From sequence record DRR723986_14220: 35,671 bases of DNA; one strand, given 5' to 3'. The translations under genes were made by a program, and so were the position numbers. Shown here in pieces: positions 18,143 through 27,247 of the stretch (the stretch's first letter is position 1; each line of letters opens with the position of its first letter). The notes below the pieces were generated by a model. That model did not search any database. It was not told where the DNA came from and saw nothing but the letters and a program-made list of their open reading frames with translations.

Positions 18143-19843
18143 GTGCAGCTATCGAAGCTTTCCGAAAAGACCACCCTCCTCGCGCTTGTGCTTGGCGCAA
18201 CGCTTATCTGCGGCCTGCCGCTGCTGCTTTTGTTCAAGACCGGGCTGACGAGTGATGGCGGTCTCGACCTCGGCCCGTTGATGGAAGCCGTGCAGAGCCG
18301 GTCGGTCCGAAGCGCACTTTGGCATTCCGTTGAGAGCAGTTTCTTGTCGGCACTGGCAGCAACCGCGCTCGGCACCCTGCTCGCACTCCTGATCGGCCTC
18401 ACCGATATTCGCGCCAAGGGCCTGCTGGTCTTCCTGATCCTGCTGCCGATGATGATCCCGCCGCATGTAACGGCTATTGCCTGGATACAGGCACTCGGCC
18501 CGGGCAGTCCGGTGTTGCGCTGGCTTGGGCTGGCTCCGGAACTCGGCTCCACCCACCCTCTCTACTCACGTGAAGGCCTCGTCCTGCTGCTGACCCTGCA
18601 GCACAGCCCGCTGGTATTCCTGCTTGTCCGTGCCGCGTTGAGGTCGTTTCCGCGCGAACTGTCAGACGCAGCCCGCGTTTCCGGCTCCGGAAGCCTCTTG
18701 ATGTTACGCAGGATCACCTTGCCGTTGCTCGCGCCATCCCTGCTGGCCGGTTTTGCACTCGCGTTCGTTGCCGCACTTGGCAACTTCGGCATCAATGCCC
18801 TGATCGGCATACCGGCGCGCTACACCACCTTGCCCGTTCTGGTCTGGCGAAGGCTGGCAAGCTTCGGTCCGGATGTCCTGCCAAACGTGGCGGTCATTTC
18901 TGTTATCCTGGCCGTTGTCGCCCTTGCCGCAATCCTGCTGCAAGGTGTGCTGCAGCGGCGCCTGCGCACCAGCCTCATCGGTCTGCCGCAAGACCCTCTG
19001 GCGATCGCCCTTGGCCGCAAGCGTCCCTTTGTGGAAGCCACTCTCTGGCTGTTCGTCGCCTTCGTGCTGCTGCTGCCGACAGCCTCGCTGCTGGCGACCT
19101 CGCTGGTCCGCACTTACGGCCTGCCGCTGTCTGCGGAAACCCTGACACTCGAAAACTTCACCGAGGTACTCTGGCGCCAGTCCGTCACACTCAGGGCCTT
19201 CGCCAACTCAACTTTCATTGCCGGGGTTGCCGCGCTTGTCATTGCTGTCATCAGCCTGTTCCTGGCCTATTTTCTCGCCCATCGGAAACCGGCTCACAGA
19301 ACCTGGGCGAGCCTTGCGCTCACACAGTCGGAAGTCGCCTTTGCCGTGCCCGGCCTGGTGATGTCGATCGCCTTCATCCTGGCGTTCATCCGCCCCCTGC
19401 CGCTTTTGAACATCTCGCTCTACGGCACGCTGTGGATCATCCTGATTGCCTATGTCTCCGTTTTCCTGGCGGTGGGCCTGAAACCGGTTGCCGCCGCCTT
19501 CCTGCAAATGGATGGTTCATTGGAAGATGCGGCTCGGGTGGCTGGTGCCGGGTTCTACCGGCGCATGACAAGGATCTTTACCCCGCTCGCAGCTCCCGCG
19601 GCTGCCTCCGGTGCAATCCTGGTGTTCCTGACCGCTTACAACGAGGTCACGGTCTCCGCCCTGCTCTGGTCCACCGGCAACGAGACCATCGGCACGACAA
19701 TCTTCAACTACGAAGACGGCGGCTACACTACGCTTGCCGCCGCCATGTCGGTTGTGGTCGTCGCCGCAACGATTTTGATCATGCTGACAATGAATGCACT
19801 GGCCCGCAGGGTTCCGGCCGGGACGATCCCCTGGAAGGATTGA
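18143..19843 (+). CDS. AfuB/FbpB-family ABC transporter permease (two fused TM domains)
   Basis: Two EAA-like loops (LSDAARVSG, LEDAARVAG); about 12 TM segments. Start uncertain: GTG 18143 chosen because the longer ORF reads through the repeat. Confidence 0.85.
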   Translation: MQLSKLSEKTTLLALVLGATLICGLPLLLLFKTGLTSDGGLDLGPLMEAVQSRSVRSALWHSVESSFLSALAATALGTLLALLIGLTDIRAKGLLVFLILLPMMIPPHVTAIAWIQALGPGSPVLRWLGLAPELGSTHPLYSREGLVLLLTLQHSPLVFLLVRAALRSFPRELSDAARVSGSGSLLMLRRITLPLLAPSLLAGFALAFVAALGNFGINALIGIPARYTTLPVLVWRRLASFGPDVLPNVAVISVILAVVALAAILLQGVLQRRLRTSLIGLPQDPLAIALGRKRPFVEATLWLFVAFVLLLPTASLLATSLVRTYGLPLSAETLTLENFTEVLWRQSVTLRAFANSTFIAGVAALVIAVISLFLAYFLAHRKPAHRTWASLALTQSEVAFAVPGLVMSIAFILAFIRPLPLLNISLYGTLWIILIAYVSVFLAVGLKPVAAAFLQMDGSLEDAARVAGAGFYRRMTRIFTPLAAPAAASGAILVFLTAYNEVTVSALLWSTGNETIGTTIFNYEDGGYTTLAAAMSVVVVAATILIMLTMNALARRVPAGTIPWKD

Positions 19844-19861
19844 GGGATAGCCGAAGCTCTT

Positions 19862-19897
19862 GTGATCCCGGTTTGGCAAAGCCAAGATCGGGATGAC
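19862..19897. repeat. Short REP-like hairpin between the convergent permease and ATPase genes
   Basis: GTGATCCCGG-TTTGGC-AAA-GCCAAG-ATCGGGATGAC, an imperfect stem with ends like the GTCAT...ATGAC family. Confidence 0.5.
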
Positions 19898-19912
19898 AAC
19901 AAGGAACAAAAC

Positions 19913-20959
19913 TCACTCCGGCAACACCCATCCGCGCAGGATATCGAGCTGCAGGAGCTCGCCAGGTTCCGCCTTTCGGTGAAGCACCATGAGAAGCGGC
20001 TGCGAAAGGCCTTCGAGACGGACGAAGACTTCCCAATAGCCACCCCGGTAGATCGTCCGTTCGACCGTTGCCTCGAAGCCGGAAGTGCCCGTTGCGAGCA
20101 CCAGATGTTCCGGCCTGAGCAACAAAGTTGCGGCACCCGAAACTGTTTTGTCAGGACAATCAACGACCGCGATGACATTGCCGAAGCGCACTTGGGCCTC
20201 GCCGTTTTCAACTCGCAGCACATCCACCGGAACCAGGGTGCTGCGGCCGATGAAACCGGCGACCTTCTTCGAATTCGGACGGCGGTAAAGCGTGTCGGGA
20301 TCGTCCGCCTGCAGGATGCTGCCATCCCACATCACCGCCACCTTGTCGGCAAGGGCCATCGCCTCGCGCTGGTCGTGGGTAATGAAAAGCGTCGTCGCGC
20401 CGCTCGCCCTGTGGAATGCCGCCAGCTCTTCTTCCATCGTGCTGCGCAGATGCGGATCGAGATTGGCGAGAGGCTCGTCCATCAGGACGGTGCGCGCGCC
20501 CTGCGCCAGGCACCGCGCCAGCGCCACCCGTTGGCGCTGACCGCCGGAAAGTTCGGCCGGCTTGCGCTGCCGGAACGGTGTCAAGGCCACCGTTTCCAGG
20601 CACTCCGCCACACGGGCCGTCACCGCGCTCCGCCTTTCTCCCGCCGTCTCCAGCGGAAAGGCGACATTGGCGGCAACATTCATGTGCGGCCACAGCGCAT
20701 AGGACTGAAACACCACTCCCACCTGGCGCTGCTCGGGCGGCAGGTGCAGGCCCTTGCCGGCAACGGCCTGCCCACTGAGTTTGATCTCTCCCGCATCGAC
20801 CGGCTCCAACCCGGCAATGGCACGCAGCAAGGTCGACTTGCCGCAACCGGACGGGCCGAGCACCACGAAAAACGTGCCGTCCTCAATCGAAAGGGACACG
20901 CTGTTCAGCGCCTTATGGGCATCGAAGGACTTGGAAACGGAAGCAAGCTGGATGGACAT
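19913..20959 (-). CDS. AfuC/FbpC (PotA-like) ABC transporter ATP-binding protein
   Basis: GPSGCGKST, FQSYALWPHM, LSGGQRQRVALAR, LMDEPLANLD, ITHDQREA, TOBE tail; RBS GGGAGG. Confidence 0.92.
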   Translation of the reverse strand: MSIQLASVSKSFDAHKALNSVSLSIEDGTFFVVLGPSGCGKSTLLRAIAGLEPVDAGEIKLSGQAVAGKGLHLPPEQRQVGVVFQSYALWPHMNVAANVAFPLETAGERRSAVTARVAECLETVALTPFRQRKPAELSGGQRQRVALARCLAQGARTVLMDEPLANLDPHLRSTMEEELAAFHRASGATTLFITHDQREAMALADKVAVMWDGSILQADDPDTLYRRPNSKKVAGFIGRSTLVPVDVLRVENGEAQVRFGNVIAVVDCPDKTVSGAATLLLRPEHLVLATGTSGFEATVERTIYRGGYWEVFVRLEGLSQPLLMVLHRKAEPGELLQLDILRGWVLPE

Positions 20960-20980
20960 GCCTCCCGTTAGCCTTCTCCC

Positions 20981-20998
20981 ATGACAAATTGATTACAA
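20981..20998 (-). promoter_or_regulatory. Pho-box-like direct repeat upstream of the ABC ATPase
   Basis: Minus strand reads TTGTAAT-CAAT-TTGTCAT (7-4-7 direct repeat). Confidence 0.55.
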
Positions 20999-21014
20999 CA
21001 GCTGCAAACGCCCC

Positions 21015-21932
21015 TCATCGGCCCCGCAAACGCAGCAGCAGGTCGACTTCCTCTTCCAGCGCGCGGCCATAGGCCCTGGCCGCCGGGGCGTTGGAATGCA
21101 TCAGTGTTTCGTGGCGGAACAGGCAATAGGCTGCAAGGCACCAGTGATAGGCGCCGCGCTCCTTCAGAAAATGCTCGACCGTCTCCTGGTCAGGATAGCG
21201 CGACAGGAACATTTCCTCCGCATGGGCGACAAGCGGATGAAGGCCATAGAGCGTTGCAAGACCGGGCGAGACGAAACAGGCGATATCCTCGACCGGGTCA
21301 CCAAGCCCGGCGAATTGCCAATCGATCAGCCGGGCGCCATCGCCGGTTGCCTGGATCGTGCCGAGACAGAAACTGCGATGAACGAGCGAACGCTTGATCT
21401 CGCGCCTCTTGACGGCGCCATCGGCCGGACGCGACCGCTTCAGGTTCGCCGCCTTGCGGCTATGCGGAATGAGCGCCAGCATGGCATCGCCCCGCGCCAG
21501 CACCTCGTGATATCCAGCCGGAACGGTCTGGTGTCCCGGTACAGGTTCGCTCAAGGCGGCAAAGCGACCGATCAGCTCGGCGGCTTCTCCGACATCGATC
21601 TCGTTGTCGACCGGGGTAGGATAGCCATAGATCAACAGCGGTGTTTTCGCCGGACTGTAGGTGAAAGCTTCAAGCTCCGGCGACAGGCCATGGCGGGCCA
21701 GAACGGCAAGGGCGTCCGCTTCCTGCCTCGGCAAGGTCGGATACAAAGGGTTGTCTTCGTTTTCGGGGAAGAACTCCTTGATGACAAAGCTTCTGCCCGG
21801 CGTGTCCAGCCGCCAGAACCGGGCGGTATAGGCGACCGGCAATGGCCGCAGCCGCGCAACTGACCAGTCCTTCACCGACAGGAGCGTTTTCAGAAAAGCC
21901 AGCAGTTCCGAATCCGACAGCAACACGCGCAC
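21015..21932 (-). CDS. Aminoglycoside phosphotransferase/choline kinase-like protein with a degenerate catalytic loop
   Basis: FVIKEF lysine, QEADAL, IDWQFAGLGDPVEDIA; the Brenner motif HxDxxxxN appears as HRSFCLGT. Confidence 0.7.
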   Translation of the reverse strand: MRVLLSDSELLAFLKTLLSVKDWSVARLRPLPVAYTARFWRLDTPGRSFVIKEFFPENEDNPLYPTLPRQEADALAVLARHGLSPELEAFTYSPAKTPLLIYGYPTPVDNEIDVGEAAELIGRFAALSEPVPGHQTVPAGYHEVLARGDAMLALIPHSRKAANLKRSRPADGAVKRREIKRSLVHRSFCLGTIQATGDGARLIDWQFAGLGDPVEDIACFVSPGLATLYGLHPLVAHAEEMFLSRYPDQETVEHFLKERGAYHWCLAAYCLFRHETLMHSNAPAARAYGRALEEEVDLLLRLRGR

Positions 21933-22185
21933 CAGGGGTCCCCACGAAAAGTCTCCCTGTTCTGATCGCTTTGAAGTCCCTTTCCGTCAAGCCCCCCGAT
22001 GGGCGAGACCACGGCTGGATCGAGGACACGGTGCCGGATGTCGGAGTTGAAGCACTGGCCGTCGTTCTGAGACTGCCCGCTGAAAGTGCCCTCTCAAGTA
22101 ACGTCTGATGAAATGGCGCAGACCGGGCCGCGCCCAAGCCTTTCCAGGGCATCAGGTCCGGCTTTCAGGAATAGTGGCGGACGAC

Positions 22186-23763
22186 ATGACGCATGACATC
22201 GAAACGGCCTCGCTTGCCGAGACGGCTCCCGCACGGCGCGGACGGCGGCGCAGGGGCGGCGAGAAGACCGGTCCGGATCTCTTTCCGCAAAAACCCTTCA
22301 AGCAGCCGCAGCATATCTTCAAGCCGTTGGAAGCCGTTTCCGCTGACGAACTTGAAGCGATCCACGACGCATCCATGCGCGTTCTGGAAGAGATCGGCAT
22401 CGACTTCCTGCACGAGGAGGCAAAGCAGATCCTGAAAGATGCCGGAGCCGACATCAAGCCGGGTGAAGACCGTGTACGCATGGACCGGGCGATGGTGGAA
22501 GAGCTTGTCGCTAAGGCCCCGGCCGAATTCACGATCCGTGCGCGCAACCGGGCGCATGATCTGCAGGTGGGCGGCAATGCCCTTGCCTTTTCCTGTGTGG
22601 CCAGCGCGCCCAATGCCGTCGACCGCGACCACGGCCGCCGCCCGGGCAACCAGGAGGACTATCGCAACTTCCTGAAACTGTCGCAGTTCTTCAACATCAT
22701 TCACTGCGTCATGGGCTACCCGGTCGAACCAGTCGATATCCACGCTTCCGTGCGCCATCTCGACTGCGTTGCAGACATGCTCCGGCTCACCGACAAGGTC
22801 TATCACATCTATTCGCTCGGCAAGGAGCGCAACCTCGACGGACTGGAACTGACCCGGATCGGCTACGGCCTTACCCCGGAAGAATTCGTCGAAACGCCGT
22901 GCGTGGCAACGGTCATCAACACGTCCTCGCCGCTGAGGCTCGACACGCCAATGCTGCAAGGCCTGATCGAAATGGCCAAGGCCGGACAGGTTTCCATCGT
23001 CACGCCTTTCACTCTTGCCGGTGCCATGGCTCCGGTCACCGTTGCCGGTGCGCTGACCCTGCAGAACGCGGAAGCCCTTGCCGGGATCGCCTTCGCCCAG
23101 CTTGTGCGGCCGGGTGTGCCGGTGGTCTATGGTGGCTTCACGTCCAACGTCGACATGAAATCCGGCGCGCCAGCCTTCGGCACGCCGGAATACATGAAGG
23201 CAGCAATCGTCGGCGGCCAGCTCGCCCGGCGCTATCATCTTCCCTACAGGTCGTCAGGCGTTTGCGCGGCCAACACGGTCGACTATCAGGCAGCGCTGGA
23301 AACCACCTTGTCGGAATGGGGCGCGATCAACGGCGGGGCCCATATCATCAAGCATGCCGCCGGATGGCTGGAAGGCGGACTGAGTGCCGGTTTCGAGAAA
23401 TTCATCACCGACATCGATCTGCTCCAGAAGATCGCCGAATACCTGACGCCGCTTGATGTGTCAGAGGCAGCCCTTGCCGTCGATGCGATCCGCGAGGTCG
23501 GTCCGGCGGGCCACTTCTTCGGCACCCAGCACACCCAGGACCGTTACAAGGACGCTTTCTACGCGCCCATCGTTTCCGACTGGCGCAATTACGAAAGCTG
23601 GTCGGAGGCAGGCAGCCCAACCGCCTACGACAAGGCGAACATGCTCTACAAGAAGGCTCTGGAAGCCTATGAGCAGCCCCCGCTTGATCCGGCCATCGAC
23701 GAGGAAATCACCGCCTTTGTCGAGAGGCGAAAGGCCGAGGGCGGCGCCCCGACCGACTTCTGA
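22186..23763 (+). CDS. mttB: Trimethylamine methyltransferase (MttB) superfamily protein, non-pyrrolysine
   Basis: IHDASMRVLEEIGIDF, INTSSPLRLD, PFTLAGAMAPVT, TSNVDMKSGAPAFGTPE, HAAGWLEGGL, GPAGHFFG; no in-frame TAG. Start set to ATG 22186. Confidence 0.9.
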   Translation: MTHDIETASLAETAPARRGRRRRGGEKTGPDLFPQKPFKQPQHIFKPLEAVSADELEAIHDASMRVLEEIGIDFLHEEAKQILKDAGADIKPGEDRVRMDRAMVEELVAKAPAEFTIRARNRAHDLQVGGNALAFSCVASAPNAVDRDHGRRPGNQEDYRNFLKLSQFFNIIHCVMGYPVEPVDIHASVRHLDCVADMLRLTDKVYHIYSLGKERNLDGLELTRIGYGLTPEEFVETPCVATVINTSSPLRLDTPMLQGLIEMAKAGQVSIVTPFTLAGAMAPVTVAGALTLQNAEALAGIAFAQLVRPGVPVVYGGFTSNVDMKSGAPAFGTPEYMKAAIVGGQLARRYHLPYRSSGVCAANTVDYQAALETTLSEWGAINGGAHIIKHAAGWLEGGLSAGFEKFITDIDLLQKIAEYLTPLDVSEAALAVDAIREVGPAGHFFGTQHTQDRYKDAFYAPIVSDWRNYESWSEAGSPTAYDKANMLYKKALEAYEQPPLDPAIDEEITAFVERRKAEGGAPTDF

Positions 23764-23829
23764 TCATTTCGCGTTTCACGTTCGAACACGGCCTGCCGCG
23801 CAAGAGCAGGCGCTTCCGGAGCAGATTGC

Positions 23830-26265
23830 ATGAATACCCACACTCAGGTTGTTGTCATTGGCGGTGGCGTTGTCGGCTGCAGCGTTCTGTATCACCTGAC
23901 CAAGCTCGGCTGGAAAGACGTCACGCTGATCGAGCGCGACGAACTGACATCCGGCTCCTCCTGGCACGCGGCAGGTGGCTTCCACACCCTGAACGGCGAT
24001 CCGAACGTAGCCCAGCTGCAAAGTTACACCGTCGACCTCTACAAGGAACTGGAAGAAATCTCCGGCCAGTCCTGCAGCCTGCACCTGACCGGCGGCGTCA
24101 TGCTGGCCGATACGCCCGAGCGAATGGATTTCCTGCGTCTTGCCCAGGCCAAGGGGCGCTATCTTGGCATGGACCTGGAGCTGATCTCGGTCTCCGAAGC
24201 CAAGAAGATGTTCCCTCTTCTGGACGAGAAACACTTCATCGGCGCGCTCTGGGACCCGATTGAAGGCCATCTCGACCCCTCCGGCACCACCCATGCCTAT
24301 GCCAAGGCGGCCCGCGTCAACGGCGCGACAGTCCTGCGCCACACCAAGGTGGAAGAACTGGTTCAAACGCCCGACGGCACCTGGGATGTCATCACCAACA
24401 AGGGCACGATCCACGCCGAACACGTGGTCAACGCCGGTGGCCTGTGGGCACGCGAATGCGGACGCATGGTCGGCATCGAACTGCCGGTGCTCGCCATGGA
24501 GCACATGTACCTCCTGACCGACGAGATGGAGGAAGTGACCTCACACAACGAGGCCACCGGCAAGGAACTGATCGGCGTTCTGGATTTCGGTGGTGAGATC
24601 TACACCCGCCAGGAAGGCAAGGGGGTGCTGCTCGGCACCTACGAGCAGAACTGCCGCCCGTGGAGCCCGCGCCAGACCCCCTGGGATTTCGGCCACGAAC
24701 TGCTGGCGCCGGATCTCGACCGGATCGCGCCGGAGCTGGAAGTCGGCTTCGAGCATTTCCCCGCCCTGCAGAATGCCGGTATCAAGCAGATCATCAACGG
24801 GCCTTTCACCTTCGCGCCGGACGGTAACCCACTGGTCGGCCCGGTTCGCGGTCTTCGGAACTACTGGGTTGCCTGCGGCGTCATGGCCGGGTTCAGCCAG
24901 GGCGGCGGTGTCGGCCTGACGCTCGCCAACTGGATGATCAACGGCGACCCCGGCTACGACATCTGGGGCATGGATGTTGCCCGCTACGGCACCTGGGCAA
25001 CGCTCTCCTATACCAATGCCAAGGTTCAGGAAAATTATCGCCGCCGGTTCCGGATCCGTTTCCCCAACGAGGAACTTCCGGCTGCCCGCCCGCAGCAGAC
25101 AACCCCGCTTTACGACCGCATGCTGGCGCAAGGCGCCGTCATGGGCGACAGCTGGGGCCTGGAGACACCGCTCTGGTTCGCTCCGGAAGGCGTGGAAGCC
25201 AGGGACATCGTCTCCTACCATCGCTCCAACGATTTTGAGCACATCGGCGCCGAGTGCCGGGCTGTGCGCGAGAGCGTGGGCGTGACGGAGACGGCCAACT
25301 TCGCCAAATACGAGATCACCGGGCCAGGCGCGGAAAGCTTCCTGTCGCTTTTGATGACCAACACAATGCCGAAGGTCGGCCGCATCATCCTGACGCCGAT
25401 GCTGAACGAGAACGGCAAACTGATCGGTGATTTCACCATCGCCCGGGCCAGCGACCAGAAGTTCTACATGTGGGGCTCGTCCCAGGCCGAGATCTATCAC
25501 ATGCGCTGGTTCGAGAAGCACCTGCCAGAGGACGGCTCGGTGACGATCCGCGCAATCAACCTCGGCTGGGTTGGCCTCTCCATCGCCGGTCCCAATTCGC
25601 GCAAGGTTCTGGAGAAGATCACCGGAGACGATGTCTCGGGCGAGGCCTTCCGGTTCATGGACTTCCGCGAAATGGACGTTGCCAACGCCCCCTGCAAGGT
25701 CAACCGCATCACCTACACGGGCGACCTTGGCTACGAGATCTGGATGGCGCCGGAGTACCAGCGTCAGGTCTATGATGCGCTGATGAAGGCCGGAGCCGAG
25801 TTCAACATCGTCAACTTCGGCATGCGCGCCCTGCTCTGCCTGCGGCTGGAAAAGAACTTCGGCACCTGGTTCCGCGAGTTCCGCCCGATCTACGGCGCAT
25901 TCGAAGCCGATCTTGGCCGGTTCGTGAAGCTGTCCAAGGACACCTTCATCGGCAAGGAGGCGGCCCAGAAAGAATTCGATGAAGGACCGAAGCGCCTGCG
26001 TGTCAGCTTCGTGGTCGACGCGTCGGACGCCGACGTCATGGGCGATGAGCCCGTTTGGCACGATGGCAAGGTGATCGGCTGGGTGACTTCCGGCGGCTAC
26101 GCCCACTACCTGCGGAAATCCCTCGCACAAGGGTATATTCCCTCGGAACTGGCAGCGAACACGCAGGAAGGCGCCTTCGAGATCGAAATCCTCGGCGAGC
26201 GCCGCAAGGCCACCATCATCAGCGAACCGCTGTTCGACCCGAAAGCCGAACGCATGCGCATGTAA
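23830..26265 (+). CDS. GcvT-family FAD-dependent oxidoreductase (dimethylglycine/sarcosine dehydrogenase-like)
   Basis: VVIGGGVVG, LTSGSSWHAAG (covalent-FAD His motif), INGPFTFAPDGNPLVGP, RITYTGDLGYE, LRLEK, VTSGGY (folate-binding T-protein domain). Confidence 0.92.
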   Translation: MNTHTQVVVIGGGVVGCSVLYHLTKLGWKDVTLIERDELTSGSSWHAAGGFHTLNGDPNVAQLQSYTVDLYKELEEISGQSCSLHLTGGVMLADTPERMDFLRLAQAKGRYLGMDLELISVSEAKKMFPLLDEKHFIGALWDPIEGHLDPSGTTHAYAKAARVNGATVLRHTKVEELVQTPDGTWDVITNKGTIHAEHVVNAGGLWARECGRMVGIELPVLAMEHMYLLTDEMEEVTSHNEATGKELIGVLDFGGEIYTRQEGKGVLLGTYEQNCRPWSPRQTPWDFGHELLAPDLDRIAPELEVGFEHFPALQNAGIKQIINGPFTFAPDGNPLVGPVRGLRNYWVACGVMAGFSQGGGVGLTLANWMINGDPGYDIWGMDVARYGTWATLSYTNAKVQENYRRRFRIRFPNEELPAARPQQTTPLYDRMLAQGAVMGDSWGLETPLWFAPEGVEARDIVSYHRSNDFEHIGAECRAVRESVGVTETANFAKYEITGPGAESFLSLLMTNTMPKVGRIILTPMLNENGKLIGDFTIARASDQKFYMWGSSQAEIYHMRWFEKHLPEDGSVTIRAINLGWVGLSIAGPNSRKVLEKITGDDVSGEAFRFMDFREMDVANAPCKVNRITYTGDLGYEIWMAPEYQRQVYDALMKAGAEFNIVNFGMRALLCLRLEKNFGTWFREFRPIYGAFEADLGRFVKLSKDTFIGKEAAQKEFDEGPKRLRVSFVVDASDADVMGDEPVWHDGKVIGWVTSGGYAHYLRKSLAQGYIPSELAANTQEGAFEIEILGERRKATIISEPLFDPKAERMRM

Positions 26266-26356
26266 ATGCATCCGGTCGTCGGACCAATACCCCGACGACC
26301 GCCTCCCCCTCCTGAACTCCACCTCCCCCTATCCTCCCGGGCTCCCCTCCCCTCAA

Positions 26357-26462
26357 CCTCATCCAGAGGAGGCGCAAAGCGCCGTCTCGAAGGATGGGCA
26401 GCATACTCGGGAACAAGCGGCCCATCCTTCGAGACGGGCCTCCGGCCCTCCTCAGGATGAGG
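26357..26462. repeat. RIME/REP-like palindromic element, copy 1
   Basis: CCTCATCCAGAGGAGG...CCTCCTCAGGATGAGG outer IR; inner 18-bp perfect IR CCGTCTCGAAGGATGGGC (26382-26399)/GCCCATCCTTCGAGACGG (26420-26437). Confidence 0.85.
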
Positions 26463-26679
26463 GGTTGGTGTAGGGAAAGATTGGGATTTACCGGAGGTGG
26501 GGTCGGCACGAAAAGGCAAGGAAGACGAGGACTGTTGAGCGGACAAGAGCGTCCCAGCACTGAGGATACCTGCCGAGTTCCGAAGAGCGCAGAGCGACAG
26601 ATCGATTCAGAGACCTGCGCAGTCACTCCATCCGGAACACCCCGATTCTTCGCCTTTGCTGAACTCCGCCTCCCGCTCC

Positions 26680-26786
26680 CCTCATCTTTGAGGAGGCGCA
26701 ACGCGCCGTCTCGAAGGATGGGCGGCAAACGCCAACACAAGTGACCCATCCTTCGAGACGGGCTTTCAGCCCTCCTCAGGATAAGG
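26680..26786. repeat. RIME/REP-like palindromic element, copy 2
   Basis: Same architecture as copy 1: CCGTCTCGAAGGATGGG (26706-26722)/CCCATCCTTCGAGACGG (26745-26761), with a different loop. Confidence 0.85.
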
Positions 26787-26884
26787 AGTTTGGTGGGACT
26801 GGCAGATTATCATGCGACCTAAGCAAACCGGTGGCACAAGCCAGTCGGCCTATCAGAACACGCCTGCAGACCGGTTCTCGGCCT

Positions 26885-27193
26885 TTACTTCAACCGGATG
26901 ATCTTCGGGCCGAGGGCGCGCACGTAATCGCTTTGATCGGCAAAGACCATCACGTTGGTCTCGGTCACTTCGGTCTGCTTCAGTTCCAGCGGCGTCTTGC
27001 CGTCCGGATTGACGATCACCTTGCGGGTCGGCGGCAGGCCGCGGAACACCAGCACACCGGCTTCCTTGGTCACGATGGCACCATAAGGTTCGTCGTGGAC
27101 AATGCGCGTCGTGCCGCTTTCGGCCTGCGCTGCGGCTCCAAGGGCGATGCTCATGCCGGCTGCGGCCAGCAGGGTTTTGCGGATGGAATTCAT
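26885..27193 (-). CDS. Small exported hypothetical protein (102 aa)
   Basis: MNSIRKTLLAAAGMSIALGAAAQA is a Sec signal with AQA cleavage site; coding-like high-GC3 codon usage. The longer track ORF is read-through over the LysR gene. Confidence 0.75.
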   Translation of the reverse strand: MNSIRKTLLAAAGMSIALGAAAQAESGTTRIVHDEPYGAIVTKEAGVLVFRGLPPTRKVIVNPDGKTPLELKQTEVTETNVMVFADQSDYVRALGPKIIRLK

Positions 27194-27206
27194 GACACGT
27201 CTCGCT

Positions 27207-27247
27207 GTTAACGCTTCATTTACCATGAATCGTAACCGCTCGTTAAC
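27207..27247. promoter_or_regulatory. Two CtrA-box-like sites flanking a GANTC site
   Basis: Minus TAAA-N7-TTAAC (27207-27222) and plus GTAA-N7-TTAAC (27232-27247), each one mismatch from TTAA-N7-TTAAC; GAATC at 27227-27231. Confidence 0.5.

Noticed and set aside
21933..22185. Possible glycine or cobalamin riboswitch before mttB (CTCTCAAG and CTTTCAGG fragments)
   Set aside because: Lacks the GGAGA...CCGAAG glycine aptamer core and the B12 box; the fragments look coincidental.
22186..23763. Pyrrolysine recoding in MttB
   Set aside because: The ORF is open with no in-frame TAG and there are no pyl genes in the window.
24541..26322. 593-aa minus-strand ORF
   Set aside because: Antisense shadow of the GcvT-family gene.
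26219..26786. ORFs with repeated ILRDG..LLRMR peptides, and a possible CRISPR array
   Set aside because: The peptides are translations of the REP palindromes. Only two ~106-bp units, no regular repeat-spacer period and no cas genes.
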